NCBI GenBank assembly: GCA_003427395.1
Contig: BFEA01000027.1
Span: 664,673-728,672 of the forward strand
Origin: Chara braunii
Lineage: Eukaryota > Plantae > Charophyceae
Reading direction: 5' to 3'
Length of the DNA stretch: 64,000 nt
The notes under the pieces are model-generated. The model did not search any database and had not been told where the DNA came from. It was given only the letters and a program-made list of their open reading frames with translations. Positions within the stretch are counted from its first letter, which is position 1; every line of letters begins with the position of its first letter. The translations under genes were made by a program, and so were the position numbers. Below, in pieces: positions 61,711 through 64,000 of the stretch.

Positions 61711-62404
61711 CTGCAACAGAAAACGCATACATGCCACACAAGGCATCGAAACATATTAGTAGGCCGCAGGCCAGTCTTTGGCCGGGGGGGCATGTTAAGA
61801 ACTTACCTTCTTTTTCAAAAAAAAAAGAAAGAATGCCGAGCTCTGTTCCCAAGGAGCCACCTAGCACCGGTTGAACCAAAGTGGTTTGGCAGGGAGTGAG
61901 GACAATATTCTCAAGATCAATCGCGCTCAACTGCGCACTCAGGTGGTGGTGGTGGCAAAAGAGGAAAATAAAACAAAACTGTCAAAAAGAGGAAACTACG
62001 TGGGAGGCTGGGAGCCACAAAAATGAGTTATAATTGCAGTACAGGCCAAGATACAGTTTCAAATTGCAAACCTGGCTTTCTGGCCAGGTAGGGAGCCCAA
62101 AGTGCAATTGCAAACTGTATCTTGCCCCATAGTGCAATTATAACTCGTTTCTGTGACTCTACCGTAGTTACCCCCCCAAAAAATAAATTCTTCCCAATTG
62201 GCGGCTCGGAAAGGGCTGAAGACGCCGCAGACAGGAGACTTGTTGTAAATTTGCAGAGTGTTATAAAGATCACAGACAAGGGATGCTGGACCCGGTTTCC
62301 AGCAGGTGATACTCCCCACAGGTAGACGGGAGCAACTGGCACGAACTACTAAGGGGGGGGTGCTCGTATCACTGCCTTCTTTTTTTTTTTCTCCTTTTTT
62401 TTAA

Positions 62405-63060
62405 GGGATAAGGCTGCAAAGCTATATTCTTCTCTCAATTTCACCTTTCACTACCTACCTACCACCACTCCTAAGCCTATACAGGGGACCCTTGCAAGCA
62501 TGGCTCCCTCTCACAATTAAGGGGATGCATGATGTCCCCCGCCCTAATCTGCGGTGGTCAGGGAGTAGGGTGGGCTGCCGGTGAGTGGCGGGGGGCGGGC
62601 TAACGCAAAGACTGAGGACTATTTTTTTAAGGCTAAGCTATATTCTACTCTCAATTTCACCTTTCACTGCCTACCTACCACCACTCCTAAGCCTATACAG
62701 GGGACCCTTGCAAGCATGGCTCCCTCTCACAATGAAGGGGATGCATGATGTTCCCCGGCCTAATCTGCGGTGGTCAGGAAGTAGGGTCTTTGCCAGTAGC
62801 TGCGCCTCCCATCTACTTCCCCACCCTCTCCCAATTTCACCTTTGACTGCCTACATACCACAACTCCTAAGCCTATACAGGGGACCCTTGCAAGCATGGC
62901 TCCCTCTCACAATTAAGGGGATGCATGATGTCCCCGCCCTAATCTGCAGTGGTCAGGGAGTAGGGTCAGGCTGCCAGTGAGTGGCCGGAGTGAGGGGGAG
63001 GCTAACACAAAGACTGAGCACTTTGCCAGTAGCTGCACCTCCCATCTACTCCCCCCACCC
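62405..63060. repeat. Three near-identical tandem monomers (periods 216 and 180 bp)
   Basis: caatttcaccttt..ctcctaagcctatacaggggacccttgcaagcatggctccctctcacaat..gtggtcagg at 62436, 62652 and 62832. Confidence 0.9.
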
Positions 63061-63384
63061 CCCATCGAGAAGCGGCAGTGGCTATGGCCAACACTCTCCC
63101 ACACACCACACACAACCCACTCACTCTCACACCCGTGTTGGTCATAGACCCTACGATACCGATCAAGCGGACTATCACAGCCCGTTGGCACTAAGTGCAC
63201 TGCAGGCTGTCATGGGCCTGGAACCCACAACCTCCTCAATGCCACTTGCGTGCCTATCCAACCGAGCTATCTTCCCCCGTAGTAGACCTGAGCAGTTAAG
63301 ACGGAAAAAAAAAAAAGGACTCGGACAGATGGAAGTAGTAAAATAACTTCAGATTTCCCTGATTTTTGCAATTGCAAGTGGTTC

Positions 63385-64000
63385 TTGCCATTGCGTTTGC
63401 ATTTTAAGGGCCTCGCCACACCACTCTCCAAACTCATGGCAGTGCTCTCGAAGGGAGGAAAACTCCAAATCCCGCACTTTGAATTACACAAAGACCCCAA
63501 GCCTACTGTCGCACTTCAGGAAATTAAAACATGGCTGGAGCCCGCTTTTCGGATCTGCCCATACCCAAAGTTGGAATGGATACGTCTCACTCCTACTAAT
63601 GACCAGGGTCGGACGGATCTGCTCTTTTCTCCAGTCACAGATGCTATTGTTTGTGGGTCATCCCGTCCTCACCCGCCACTGCCGTCCCTGCATTGGATTA
63701 CCCTCCCGCTCCTTCGGAATCCCGCAGGCCAGACAGTAGTTGACACAGAAATTTACAACTGCTGGACTGCGGCATTGATCCACCAGGTCGACGGCCATTT
63801 GCCATGGCACAGAAGTATATTCTCGCAAAACTTTTGGCACTGAAATGCAAGGACAGGGACTCCTTGCCATAAATTGATGGACAGAGTGAGAATGGCCTCT
63901 TGGAACGTTGGCTGGGGTGTCGAAGAACGGCACCGAAGCGTTTGTGATAAGCCAGGATCCGTACTCGGTGGCTTCCCGTACCCTTAAGGGAAAATCCCAC
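63385..64000 (+). mobile_element. LINE: end of ORF1 and start of ORF2 endonuclease, running off the window, inside the FORKED-like intron
   Basis: ORF 63385-63843 is followed closely by MDRVRMASWNVG (63877), the typical APE-endonuclease N-terminus. Confidence 0.5.

Overview
Eukaryotic, repeat-rich genomic DNA from a gapped short-read assembly. It has GT-AG introns of up to several kb, many (CT)n/(CA)n microsatellites, N gaps and one Nextera/Tn5 adapter remnant. The gene content and repeat style suggest a streptophyte alga, most likely Chara braunii; this is an inference and was not verified by any search. Host genes: a complete 4-exon RAD6/UBC1-2-type E2 ubiquitin-conjugating enzyme (24981-33022, +), the last two exons of a FORKED/VAN3-binding-protein-like PH_2 gene (61061-61710, -), and two spliced exons of an unknown coiled-coil protein (49675-51326, +). 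The rest is mostly mobile-element material: a near full-length decayed L1/Tx1-like LINE (about 14.3-19.8 kb), several LINE fragments sharing a conserved 3' hairpin, a Harbinger-type Myb/trihelix remnant, a possible LTR, and many tandem or inverted repeats. The most interesting structure is at 0.1-13 kb. One ancestral reading frame of about 1,950 codons, now broken by 5 transition-type stops and 2 frameshifts, contains a prokaryote/phage-like ParB/Srx (DGQHR-like) domain followed by a catalytically degenerate beta-class N4C/N6A DNA-methyltransferase fold. It is followed by a Ulp1 SUMO-protease exon with an intact catalytic triad, a phased ~30-bp repeat/variable-spacer array, and a small unknown gene that has a diverged, intron-containing paralogue at 57 kb. 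Together these look like the cargo of a large, possibly undescribed mobile element. All domain calls come from motif reading by eye and need HMM or structure confirmation.
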